Positions 7,612-16,276 of a stretch of 39,054 bases of DNA are shown here, piece by piece (the first letter of the stretch is position 1; every line of letters begins with the position of its first letter). The notes under the pieces were generated by a model, which had not been told where the DNA came from, ran no database searches, and worked only from the letters and a program-made list of their open reading frames with translations. Origin of the DNA: Thermodesulfobacteriota bacterium (GTDB lineage Bacteria > Desulfobacterota > Desulfobulbia > Desulfobulbales > SURF-16); the NCBI GenBank assembly GCA_039715015.1, contig JBDLIE010000024.1:1-39054 (forward strand), read 5' to 3'. The position numbers and the translations under genes were made by a program.

Positions 7612-8730
7612 ATGAGTAGTCAAGCACTCAGCCAACACAAAGAACGTTTCGAGCTCAACCTGGGGCCCCAGCATCCAGCAACCCATGGTGTTCTCCGGGT
7701 TAAGCTTTTAATGGACGGCGAGTACATCGTCGAAGCCGAACCGGTCCTCGGCTATATCCATCGGATGCATGAACTCATGGGTGAGAACAGGACCTGGGCC
7801 CAATACCTGCCCAATATGGGCCGGCTCGATTATCTCTCAGCCCTGTCCTACAACCTGGGTTATGTTGAGCTGGTCGAAAAGATGGCCGGCATTGAGGTGC
7901 CGGAACGGGCCGAGTATATCCGGGTCATCACCACGGAGATGAACCGTATCTCCAGCCATCTCCTCTGGTTCGGGGCCTTTGTCCTCGACCTTGGTGGTTT
8001 TACACCCCTTCTCTACGCATTTGATGATCGTGAGCAGATCCTCGATCTGCTGGAATCAGTCACCGGTTCCCGTCTCACCTATTGCTACTACCTCTTCGGC
8101 GGCTGTTATAACGATGTTGAGGATGATTTTCTTACCGGTTGTCTGGCCCTTATCAAACGGTTGCGCTCCAGGATGCCCATGTACCACAAACTTGTCACCG
8201 GCAATGTAATCCTCAAGCAGCGTCTTGAGGATGTCGGCCCTATCTCAGCTGAGATGTGCCGTAAGTACGGGGCCACCGGTCCGGTGCTGCGCGGTTCCGG
8301 TGTCAATTACGATGTGCGCAAAAACGAGCCCTATTCCATCTATCCGGAGCTTGATTTTGACGTGCCGGTCTACAGCGAGGGTGATTCCATGGCCCGCTAC
8401 ATGGTGCGCATGGATGAGATAGACCAGAGTATGCGCATCATCGAGCAGGCCATTGCCAAGATCCCTGAAGGACCGGTGATGGCAGAAAAAGTGCCGAAGA
8501 TGATTAAGCCTGAGCCCGGCGATTATTACCATGCTGTTGAAGCTGCCCGCGGCACCTTTGGCATTCGCGCAGTGAGCGAGGGTAAAAACAAGGCATATCG
8601 CATGAAATTACGGTCCCCAACATTCTCAAACCTGAGTCTCTACCAGGAGACCAGTAAAGGCATGTTGTTGGCAGATGCCCTGGCACTCATGGGCAGCCTT
8701 GACCTGGTCATCCCAGAGATTGATCGCTAA
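7612..8730 (+). CDS. nuoD: Complex I-like subunit D (quinone-binding type)
   Basis: NLGPQHPATHGVLR, GYIHR, RLDY, C-terminal GSLDLVIPEIDR; no [NiFe] CxxC pairs. Confidence 0.97.
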   Translation: MSSQALSQHKERFELNLGPQHPATHGVLRVKLLMDGEYIVEAEPVLGYIHRMHELMGENRTWAQYLPNMGRLDYLSALSYNLGYVELVEKMAGIEVPERAEYIRVITTEMNRISSHLLWFGAFVLDLGGFTPLLYAFDDREQILDLLESVTGSRLTYCYYLFGGCYNDVEDDFLTGCLALIKRLRSRMPMYHKLVTGNVILKQRLEDVGPISAEMCRKYGATGPVLRGSGVNYDVRKNEPYSIYPELDFDVPVYSEGDSMARYMVRMDEIDQSMRIIEQAIAKIPEGPVMAEKVPKMIKPEPGDYYHAVEAARGTFGIRAVSEGKNKAYRMKLRSPTFSNLSLYQETSKGMLLADALALMGSLDLVIPEIDR

Positions 8731-8742
8731 GGAGAGATAACA

Positions 8743-9756
8743 ATGGATCTTGGTATCAATGTAGTTGAAATGGTTATCTATCTGGTGGGGATTATTGCCT
8801 TTGCCGCAGGTAACGCCGCCTATCTGGTATGGGTGGAACGTAAGGGTGCTGCCCATATCCAGCGCCGGACCGGCCCGAAAGAGGTTGGCCCCTTTGGTCT
8901 CCTGCAGCCTTTGGCTGATGGTGCCAAACTGATGAGTAAGCAGATTATCTTCCCCGATGGTGTTGACAAACCCCTCTTTATGATAGCGCCGCTCCTTGCC
9001 ATGGTTCCGGCCGTGATGATCTTTGTCACCATCCCTTTTTCAGAGACCATTGTCGCCCGGGACATTAATATCGGCCTGCTCATGATCTTTGCCTTTGCTT
9101 CGGTGAATATCCTGGCCCTGCTTCTCGGCGGCTGGGCATCCCGCAATAAGTATGCTGTTATCTCGGCCGCCCGTGGTGTTTCGCAGAACGTCGCCTACGA
9201 GATTCCCATGCTGGTTATTACCATCACCGTTGTTTTGATCTCTGGCAGCATGAACTTGAAAGAGATCGTTGCCACCCAGGCCGGCCCTTTTTGGAACTGG
9301 AACTGGTTGCCCCTTAACGGTAACTTCCTTGGGCCCATAACCTTTATCATGTTTTACATCTGCTCCCTGGCTGAGACAAACCGAGCTCCCTTTGATCTTG
9401 GTGAAGCCGAATCAGAACTAATTGCCGGTTTCCACACCGAATATGCCTCCATGGGTTTTGGTCTGTTTTTCATGGGCGAGTATGCCAATATCGTAATTGG
9501 TGCTGCCCTGACCACTATCCTGTTTTTGGGGGGCTGGTACAGCCCCTTTCCCGATACTGTTCCATATATTGGTCAGGCCGGTCTCTGGTGGTTCCTTATC
9601 AAGATGTACCTACTGATCTGGCTCGTGGTGCTGATCCGCTGGACCTATCCTCGCGTCACCCTGTGGTCCCTGCTTAATCTTTCCTGGAAAATATTGATTC
9701 CTTTCTCCCTCTTAAACCTGCTGGCCAGTGCCGGACTCGTAAAGTTCCTGGCGTAG
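8743..9756 (+). CDS. nuoH: Complex I-like subunit H
   Basis: ERK..AHIQRRTGP..VGPFGLLQPLADGAK, AETNRAPFDLGEAESEL..GFHTEY, RWTYPR. Confidence 0.97.
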   Translation: MDLGINVVEMVIYLVGIIAFAAGNAAYLVWVERKGAAHIQRRTGPKEVGPFGLLQPLADGAKLMSKQIIFPDGVDKPLFMIAPLLAMVPAVMIFVTIPFSETIVARDINIGLLMIFAFASVNILALLLGGWASRNKYAVISAARGVSQNVAYEIPMLVITITVVLISGSMNLKEIVATQAGPFWNWNWLPLNGNFLGPITFIMFYICSLAETNRAPFDLGEAESELIAGFHTEYASMGFGLFFMGEYANIVIGAALTTILFLGGWYSPFPDTVPYIGQAGLWWFLIKMYLLIWLVVLIRWTYPRVTLWSLLNLSWKILIPFSLLNLLASAGLVKFLA

Positions 9757-9814
9757 CGATGGGGCGAAAATAGATAGAGATATCATTAAAAGAACAAGGA
9801 CAAGAGGCCGTCAT

Positions 9815-10255
9815 ATGGCTGGATATTTTACAAATATACTGAGTGGGACTAAGAGTCTTTTAGTTGGGCTCTCCATCACTCAAAAAGAGTTTTTTAAGAA
9901 GCCGGTTACCCTGCAGTACCCTTGGGAATCACTGGAGATGACTCCCCTTTATCGGGGCCATATCCAGTTGGTCAAGGATGAGGAGTCCGATACCCACCGC
10001 TGTATCTCATGCGGTATGTGCCAGCGGAGCTGCCCCTCCAACTGCATCACCGTCAAGGGTGAGAAACAGGAAGGTGTCAAGGGTAAGGTTCTTGTCAAGT
10101 ATGATCTCGATTTCACCAAGTGCAGCCTCTGTGGACAATGTATTAATAGTTGTCCGACGACCGCCATTGAATTTTCCAAGGAGTACAATTTGGCAAGTAC
10201 CCGTAAGGAAGATTATCACTATGATTTGTTGAAACGATTGAAGGAGCAGAAGTAA
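9815..10255 (+). CDS. nuoI: Complex I-like subunit I (2x[4Fe-4S])
   Basis: VTLQYP; CISCGMCQRSCP and CSLCGQCINSCP. Confidence 0.96.
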   Translation: MAGYFTNILSGTKSLLVGLSITQKEFFKKPVTLQYPWESLEMTPLYRGHIQLVKDEESDTHRCISCGMCQRSCPSNCITVKGEKQEGVKGKVLVKYDLDFTKCSLCGQCINSCPTTAIEFSKEYNLASTRKEDYHYDLLKRLKEQK

Positions 10256-10797
10256 TGAATCTTTCTATTTCTCCTGACGTTGTCCCTATTCTCAGGGAAG
10301 GCATCTTTCTCGGGATGCTCATCGTCACAGTTCTTGGCGCCTTGATGGCCACCTGTTCCAAGCGCATGATCCGGGCAGTTCTTGGTCTTGTTGTCTGCTT
10401 CTTGGGGATTGCCGGCATCTATTACTACCTTAACAGCCCCTTTGTTGCCCTGATGCAGCTTCTCATCTATGTGGGGGCTGTGGCCATCACCATCTGCTTT
10501 GCCATTATGCTCGCTGATCCAGATGATGACAAGTTGACCGCCAAGACACCTGGTCTGGCCGGTCCCTTTGCCGTCCTCCTTGGTGGGGCGGTTACCTGGG
10601 TCCTTGCATCCACAGCCATGAGCGCCCAATGGATGGCCCCGGCAGTCAAGGTTAATGAAGGCTCGGTGAAACAGGTTGGTGAATCACTACTTACCACCTA
10701 CAGCATGGTTTTTGAGTTGGTCTCCATAGTCCTGCTCATTGCCATTCTCGGTTCACTGGTTATCGCCAGATCTGGGAGGGATAAAGCAGAATGTTAA
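10255..10797 (+). CDS. nuoJ: Complex I-like subunit J
   Basis: QLLIYVGAV, VGESLLTTYSMVFELVSIVLL; 5 hydrophobic segments. Confidence 0.93.
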   Translation: MNLSISPDVVPILREGIFLGMLIVTVLGALMATCSKRMIRAVLGLVVCFLGIAGIYYYLNSPFVALMQLLIYVGAVAITICFAIMLADPDDDKLTAKTPGLAGPFAVLLGGAVTWVLASTAMSAQWMAPAVKVNEGSVKQVGESLLTTYSMVFELVSIVLLIAILGSLVIARSGRDKAEC

Positions 10798-11111
10798 CGT
10801 TAAGCACCCAACTCAACACCTATCTTTTCATCGGGGCCATGCTCTTTGGTTTTGGAGTCTTTGGTCTGGTGAAGAGGCCCAGTCTCATCGGTATGCTGAT
10901 CGCCGCCGAGCTCGTTCTCTGCGGGGCCTCTGTGAATTTTATGGCCTTTAATAACTTTCTGGCTCCAGACCCAACCGTGGGCCAGATCATCACCCTGTTT
11001 ATTATGGCCATTGCCGCTGCTGAGGCGGCCATTGCCATGAGTATTGTTGTAGCCGTTTATAGAAACTATAAGTCCATCGAAACAGAGGACTTGGTAGATC
11101 TCCAAGGTTAA
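10791..11111 (+). CDS. nuoK: Complex I-like subunit K
   Basis: LIAAELVL and AAAEAAIA (both conserved Glu); 3 TM segments. Confidence 0.95.
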   Translation: MLTLSTQLNTYLFIGAMLFGFGVFGLVKRPSLIGMLIAAELVLCGASVNFMAFNNFLAPDPTVGQIITLFIMAIAAAEAAIAMSIVVAVYRNYKSIETEDLVDLQG

Positions 11112-11128
11112 AAGAAGGTTATAGGGAT

Positions 11129-12622
11129 ATGGAAATTACCGCGCCAACCATAATCAACTCGTCAATATTGCTCTGGGCATTATTGATTCCCCTTGTTGGA
11201 GCCCTAGGTGTCTTCAGCTTTGGTAAGGACAGCCCAAACTTCAGGGAGGGCAGCTCTGTGCTTGCTGCCATTGGTCTTTTTCTGACCATCCTTTCCATGA
11301 AGGATACAGTGCTTGCCGGCAATATGTATCAGTGGCAGGTTTTTGATATTCTGCCCGGCTTGACGCTTACTCTGCGGGCCGATGCCTTCTCCATGATCTT
11401 TGCTCTCATTGCTTCAGGACTGTGGATCGCCGCAGCCTTTTACTCCATGGGCTATATGCGCGGTCTAAATGAACATGCCCAGACCCGTTTTAATACCTGT
11501 TTTGCCCTGGCCATCTTCGGTGCCATTGGTGTTGCTTTTTCCGATAACCTTTTCACCATGTACCTCTTTTATGAGTTTGTGTCGATTTCAACCTATCCCC
11601 TGGTTGCCCATCACCAGGATGACGAGGCCTATGAAGGTGCCAAGAAGTATATTGTTTATCTGACCACCACAGCGAAAGGGCTGTTGTTGCCGGCCATGAT
11701 CCTTATCTATGTGCTCACCGGCACCCTGGACTTCCCCACCAATATTTATGAGGGCATGCTGGGCGGCGATGTACAGAGCTGGCTGGTTATCATGCTCTTT
11801 GTCTTCTGCCTCTTCGGCTTTGCCAAGAACGGCGTCATGCCGTTCCACCACTGGCTGCCCGGAGCCATGGTTGCTCCGACGCCAGTTTCTGCTCTGCTCC
11901 ATGCCGTTGCCGTTGTTAAGGTCGGAGTCTTCTGTACGGCCCGTGGCTTCCTCTATATCTTTGGTGTGGATTTGATGACCAAGCTTAACCTTGGCATCCC
12001 AACGGCTTATTTTGTCGGTTTTACCATACTTATGGCCTCAGCCATTGCCCTTACCAAGGACAATCTTAAGGCCCGTTTGGCCTATTCCACCGTCAGTCAG
12101 CTTTCCTACATTATCCTGGGTGTCTGTCTGCTGACCCCCAACGGTATTGCCGGCGGCCTGATTCATATTGCCAACCACGCCTTTTCCAAGATTACCCTCT
12201 TCTTCTGCGCCGGCGCCATCTATGTCGCCACCCACAAGAAGTATATATCTGAGATGAGCGGTTTGGGGCGGACCATGCCCTGGACCTTTGGTGCCTTTGC
12301 TGTGGCGTCGCTCAGCATGATCGGCGCGCCACCGGTTGCCGGTTTTGTTACTAAGTGGAAGCTGCTGGTGGGAACTATCGAGTCTGGTGCCTTGGGCATC
12401 ATCTTGATCCTGCTGGCCAGTACCCTGCTTAATGTCGGTTATTTTGCTCCGGTTACCTACAAGGCCTTTTTTGGCAAACGCCCTGAAGGCGAGGTAGAGA
12501 CCGGCGTCAAAGAGGCGCCGCTTAGCATGGTGGTTCCCCTGTGCGCTGCCTGTGCTATCTCAGTTTACATTGGTATTAACCCAGACTTTTTCATGGATTT
12601 AGTTAAGGCGGTGATAGGATGA
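11129..12622 (+). CDS. Antiporter-like subunit (MrpD/NuoL superfamily) without a lateral helix
   Basis: LFYEF, FAKNGVMPFHHWLPGAMVAPTPVSALLH..VVKVG, LAYSTVSQL, HAFSKITLF, GFVTKW; ends after TM14. Confidence 0.9.
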   Translation: MEITAPTIINSSILLWALLIPLVGALGVFSFGKDSPNFREGSSVLAAIGLFLTILSMKDTVLAGNMYQWQVFDILPGLTLTLRADAFSMIFALIASGLWIAAAFYSMGYMRGLNEHAQTRFNTCFALAIFGAIGVAFSDNLFTMYLFYEFVSISTYPLVAHHQDDEAYEGAKKYIVYLTTTAKGLLLPAMILIYVLTGTLDFPTNIYEGMLGGDVQSWLVIMLFVFCLFGFAKNGVMPFHHWLPGAMVAPTPVSALLHAVAVVKVGVFCTARGFLYIFGVDLMTKLNLGIPTAYFVGFTILMASAIALTKDNLKARLAYSTVSQLSYIILGVCLLTPNGIAGGLIHIANHAFSKITLFFCAGAIYVATHKKYISEMSGLGRTMPWTFGAFAVASLSMIGAPPVAGFVTKWKLLVGTIESGALGIILILLASTLLNVGYFAPVTYKAFFGKRPEGEVETGVKEAPLSMVVPLCAACAISVYIGINPDFFMDLVKAVIG

Positions 12623-12876
12623 TACTTGTCCAACTGATCGATTATCTCCGGGATCGTCTCAAATATGTCAACAGGGTCTGTTATGTTGTTCTGGCCGCTG
12701 TTGCTGTTTGGGGATCTCTTGTGGCCTATGATAGCCATCATGCCCATACGGCAATGGAAAAATGGCCCTTCTTCTGGTCGATTTTCGGCTTCCTTGCCTG
12801 CGCTATTATTATTGTGCTCTCCAAGTGGTACGGCCACTCTGGCATCATGACTCGGGAGGATTACTACGATGATTGA
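12619..12876 (+). CDS. 85-aa two-TM membrane protein within the nuo-like operon
   Basis: Two hydrophobic segments; PFFWSIFGFLAC and REDYYD; overlaps both neighbours. Confidence 0.85.
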   Translation: MILVQLIDYLRDRLKYVNRVCYVVLAAVAVWGSLVAYDSHHAHTAMEKWPFFWSIFGFLACAIIIVLSKWYGHSGIMTREDYYDD

Positions 12877-14659
12877 TTTCTGGATGCACCCTGCTGCTAT
12901 TCTCATAGTGGGCGCCTTACTCTTGCCCTTTATGCAAAATCCGGTGGTTCGCCGCCCCTTTTTGATCGCCATACCGGTGCTTACCTTTTTACAGGTTATG
13001 GTCGTCAACGGTGCTCCTGGCACCTATGGCGTTGTAAGCTGGATGGACTGGATGCTCACCTTTGGCCGCGTTGATAACCTGAGTATCATTTTCGGCTTCA
13101 TCATGAGTTTGATGTGCTGTGTCGGTACTATCTACGGACTCCATGTCAAGAATCCATATGAACATATGGCTGCCTGGCTTTATGTGGCCGGTTCTTTAGG
13201 GGCCATCTACTGCGGCGATTATCTGGTTCTCTTCCTCTTTTGGGAGCTCATGGCATTCTCCTCGGTATTCCTTGTTTGGTTCCGGAAACGTAAAGAATCC
13301 CAGAAGATTGGTTACCGATATCTTTTGGTGCATACCGCTGGCGGTCTCTTTCTGCTGGCTGGCTTTGTCCTTAGATACCATGCAACAGGTGGCGATTACT
13401 CCTTTGGCCAGCTTGATGTTGACCACCCAACCTTGTACACCTACCTGATTGCCATCGGCCTTATCCTCAATGCCGCTGTGCCACCGTTCCATTCCTGGCT
13501 GCCTGATGCCTATGGCGAGGCCACGGTAACTGGATCGGTGTTCATGTGTGCCTTTACAACGAAGACTGCCATTTACGCCATGGCCCGTTCCTTGGCAGGG
13601 TTTGATATCTTGATTCCCATGGGCGTTATTATGGCCCTCTACGGTGTTGTCTACGCTGTACTTGAAAACGACGCCCGGCGACTGCTGGCCTGGCATATTA
13701 TCTCCCAGGTCGGTTACATGGTCACCGGGGTCGGTATTGGTACGGCCCTGGCCATAAACGGTACATGCGCCCATGCCTTTGCCCATATCCTTTATAAGGG
13801 ACTGCTCTTCATGGGCACCGGTTCTGTGCTCTACATGACCGGCAAATCGAAATTCACCGAACTGGGTGGGCTCTATAAAAAGATGCCCTGGACCTTTGTC
13901 TTTACCATGATTGGCGGCCTGTCGATCTCGGCCTGGCCCCTCTTTTCGGGGTTTGTTTCAAAGTCGATGATTGTTGCTGCGGCCTTTGGCGATCATATCA
14001 TGTGGGCCGGTTTTCTGCTTACCCTGGCCTCAGCCGGTACCTTTCTCCATACAGGTCTGAAGGTTCCTTATTACATCTGGTTTGGTAAGAACAACTGTTC
14101 CGAAGAGACCTGGGAAAAGGCCCAGGATCCACCACTGAATATGATGTTTGCCATGGGTATTGCCTCTTTTCTCTGTCTGTTGATCGGCGTTTACCTGCCC
14201 TTCATGTATGACATGCTGCCATACCAGTGGGCTGAGTATCATCCTTACACCGCCTATCATCTTGCTGAGACCCTGCAGATCCTCTGCTTTACCGCCCTTG
14301 GTTTCTTCCTGCTTCTTTCCAAGTTAACCCCTGAGGCGAAGATATCCATCGATCTCGACTGGTTTTACCGGAAGGGTGGTGATGTTTTTATGTGGCTCGA
14401 CCGCGTAGTCTTCCAGACGGTTGACAACTGGGTGGGTCGTATTTGGGACAAGGTCGGTATTTTGCCGCTGATGACCATCTCTAAGTTCTGGTCATGGTTT
14501 GACTGGCACGGCATTGACGGAGTTGTCGATGGTGTAGCCCGCGGTGTTCGTGGCCTTGGTGGCCAGGTACGCCGCCTGCAGTCTGGCCAGATTCAATACA
14601 ATATATATTTTGCGGCAACGGTCATGGCTGTTGCTATCATAGCCTACGTCTTTGCGTAA
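12869..14659 (+). CDS. Antiporter-like subunit: MrpD-type core with a NuoL-type C-terminal lateral helix and terminal TM
   Basis: LFWELMA, LNAAVPPFHSWLPDAY, FTTKTA, HAFAHILYKGLLF, GFVSKS; C-terminal DWFY...IDGVVDG...RRLQSGQIQYN + TM. Confidence 0.9.
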   Translation: MIDFWMHPAAILIVGALLLPFMQNPVVRRPFLIAIPVLTFLQVMVVNGAPGTYGVVSWMDWMLTFGRVDNLSIIFGFIMSLMCCVGTIYGLHVKNPYEHMAAWLYVAGSLGAIYCGDYLVLFLFWELMAFSSVFLVWFRKRKESQKIGYRYLLVHTAGGLFLLAGFVLRYHATGGDYSFGQLDVDHPTLYTYLIAIGLILNAAVPPFHSWLPDAYGEATVTGSVFMCAFTTKTAIYAMARSLAGFDILIPMGVIMALYGVVYAVLENDARRLLAWHIISQVGYMVTGVGIGTALAINGTCAHAFAHILYKGLLFMGTGSVLYMTGKSKFTELGGLYKKMPWTFVFTMIGGLSISAWPLFSGFVSKSMIVAAAFGDHIMWAGFLLTLASAGTFLHTGLKVPYYIWFGKNNCSEETWEKAQDPPLNMMFAMGIASFLCLLIGVYLPFMYDMLPYQWAEYHPYTAYHLAETLQILCFTALGFFLLLSKLTPEAKISIDLDWFYRKGGDVFMWLDRVVFQTVDNWVGRIWDKVGILPLMTISKFWSWFDWHGIDGVVDGVARGVRGLGGQVRRLQSGQIQYNIYFAATVMAVAIIAYVFA

Positions 14660-14681
14660 CGTGAACAAGAGGTTTTAAGGA

Positions 14682-16181
14682 ATGGAACTATTATATGGTG
14701 CTGAGGGAAATCTTCTCAGCTGGCTTATTTTCATACCTCTCATTGGTGCAGGCCTGTTGTTTGTCACGCCTGGCGAGGAAAACCAGAGACGTCTGGCTTT
14801 TGTGGTTACGACCTTTAACGCCATACTATCTCTCAAGCTTTGGAGCGGTTTTGACTCATCTACTCCTGACTTGCAGTTTTGGGTGCGTGAAGACTGGATA
14901 CCGTCATTAAATATTGAGTACGCCTTGGGTATTGATGGTATCAGCATCCTGCTGGTTATGCTGACCACCTTTATTATGCCCCTCTGTGTCCTAGGCTCCT
15001 GGACCTATATCTCCAAGCGGGTCAAGGAATTCATGATCTGCCTGCTGGTCATGGAGACCGCCATGATAGGTGTGTTCTGTGCCCTTGATTTTGTTCTCTT
15101 CTATGTTTTTTGGGAGATGATGCTGATCCCCATGTACCTGCTTATTGGTGTCTGGGGCGGCCCGCGCAAAAAATACGCCTCCATCAAGTTTTTCCTCTAT
15201 ACCCTGGCCGGTTCGGTGATGCTTCTTGTTGCCATTATCGCCCTCTATCTCTGGAATGACAACTCCTGGTATATTCCAGATATGATGAGTCAGGGCTATT
15301 CCATGACCTTTCAGGTCTGGGTATTTTTGGCCTTCTTTCTGGCTTTTGCCATCAAGGTTCCCATGTTCCCCTTCCATACATGGTTACCAGCAGCCCATGT
15401 TGAGGCCCCCGGCGCTGGTTCCGTTATCCTGGCATCTGTTCTGTTGAAGATGGGTACTTACGGCTTCCTGCGTTTTTGTCTGCCCATAACACCCCAGGCC
15501 ACCTTGGCCATTGGACCATATATGCTCTGGCTGTCTGTTGCTGGTATCCTTTATGGTGGTTTTACCGCCCTGGCCCAGTCCGACATGAAAAAGCTAATTG
15601 CTTACTCTTCAGTGGGCCATATGGGTTTTGTCACCCTGGGTATCTTTGTCTTGAACAAGACTGGTCTTGAGGGCGCTCTTATCCAGATGATCAACCATGG
15701 TATAACCACCGGCGCTCTCTTCCTCATGGTTGGTATGATCTATGAGCGGACCCATAGTCGTGAAATCAAGGATCATTCCGGATTGGCCTATAATTTGCCC
15801 ATCTTTGTTACCTTTATAACAATATTCTCCTTAAGTTCTTTAGGGTTCCCGGCAACCAATAGCTTTATTGGTGAGTTTCTCATCCTTGCCGGTGGTTTTG
15901 AACATAGTAAGATTATTGCAGGGGCAGCTGTCCCTGGCGCCATTCTTGCCGCTGCCTATATGCTTCGTCTTCTCCAATATGTTCTTTTTAAAGGCGAGGG
16001 GCGCTCTGATATCAGTGATCTTAACTTCAGGGAGACTGTTACCCTGGTACCCCTGTTGATATTCGTGTTCTGGATTGGTCTTGCCCCGGAACCATTTATG
16101 AATGTAATGCACACCAGTGTTGAGTTTCTGCTTAATCAGGTTCACAGCTCCCAGGCCGTTGCATCACTGGCTATACATTAA
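14682..16181 (+). CDS. nuoM: Complex I-like subunit M
   Basis: LGIDGIS, FYVFWE, AIKVPMFPFHTWLPAAHVEAP, LLKMGTYG, KKLIAYSSVGHMG, FIGEF. Confidence 0.97.
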   Translation: MELLYGAEGNLLSWLIFIPLIGAGLLFVTPGEENQRRLAFVVTTFNAILSLKLWSGFDSSTPDLQFWVREDWIPSLNIEYALGIDGISILLVMLTTFIMPLCVLGSWTYISKRVKEFMICLLVMETAMIGVFCALDFVLFYVFWEMMLIPMYLLIGVWGGPRKKYASIKFFLYTLAGSVMLLVAIIALYLWNDNSWYIPDMMSQGYSMTFQVWVFLAFFLAFAIKVPMFPFHTWLPAAHVEAPGAGSVILASVLLKMGTYGFLRFCLPITPQATLAIGPYMLWLSVAGILYGGFTALAQSDMKKLIAYSSVGHMGFVTLGIFVLNKTGLEGALIQMINHGITTGALFLMVGMIYERTHSREIKDHSGLAYNLPIFVTFITIFSLSSLGFPATNSFIGEFLILAGGFEHSKIIAGAAVPGAILAAAYMLRLLQYVLFKGEGRSDISDLNFRETVTLVPLLIFVFWIGLAPEPFMNVMHTSVEFLLNQVHSSQAVASLAIH

Positions 16182-16276
16182 TGAGAGTTTGATCGATCGG
16201 TGGCGCCATGATTTCCGAGTGGAAATGATTGGTAGCTTGAAACATCAGGTTGATAATTAAACATTAGGAATACACC

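Noticed and set aside
6545..8730. Group 4 [NiFe] hydrogenase or Mbx/Ehr interpretation
   Set aside because: The D subunit lacks both CxxC motifs and keeps the quinone-site His/Tyr; the B subunit has the tandem CC of NuoB; nuoA, J and K are present.
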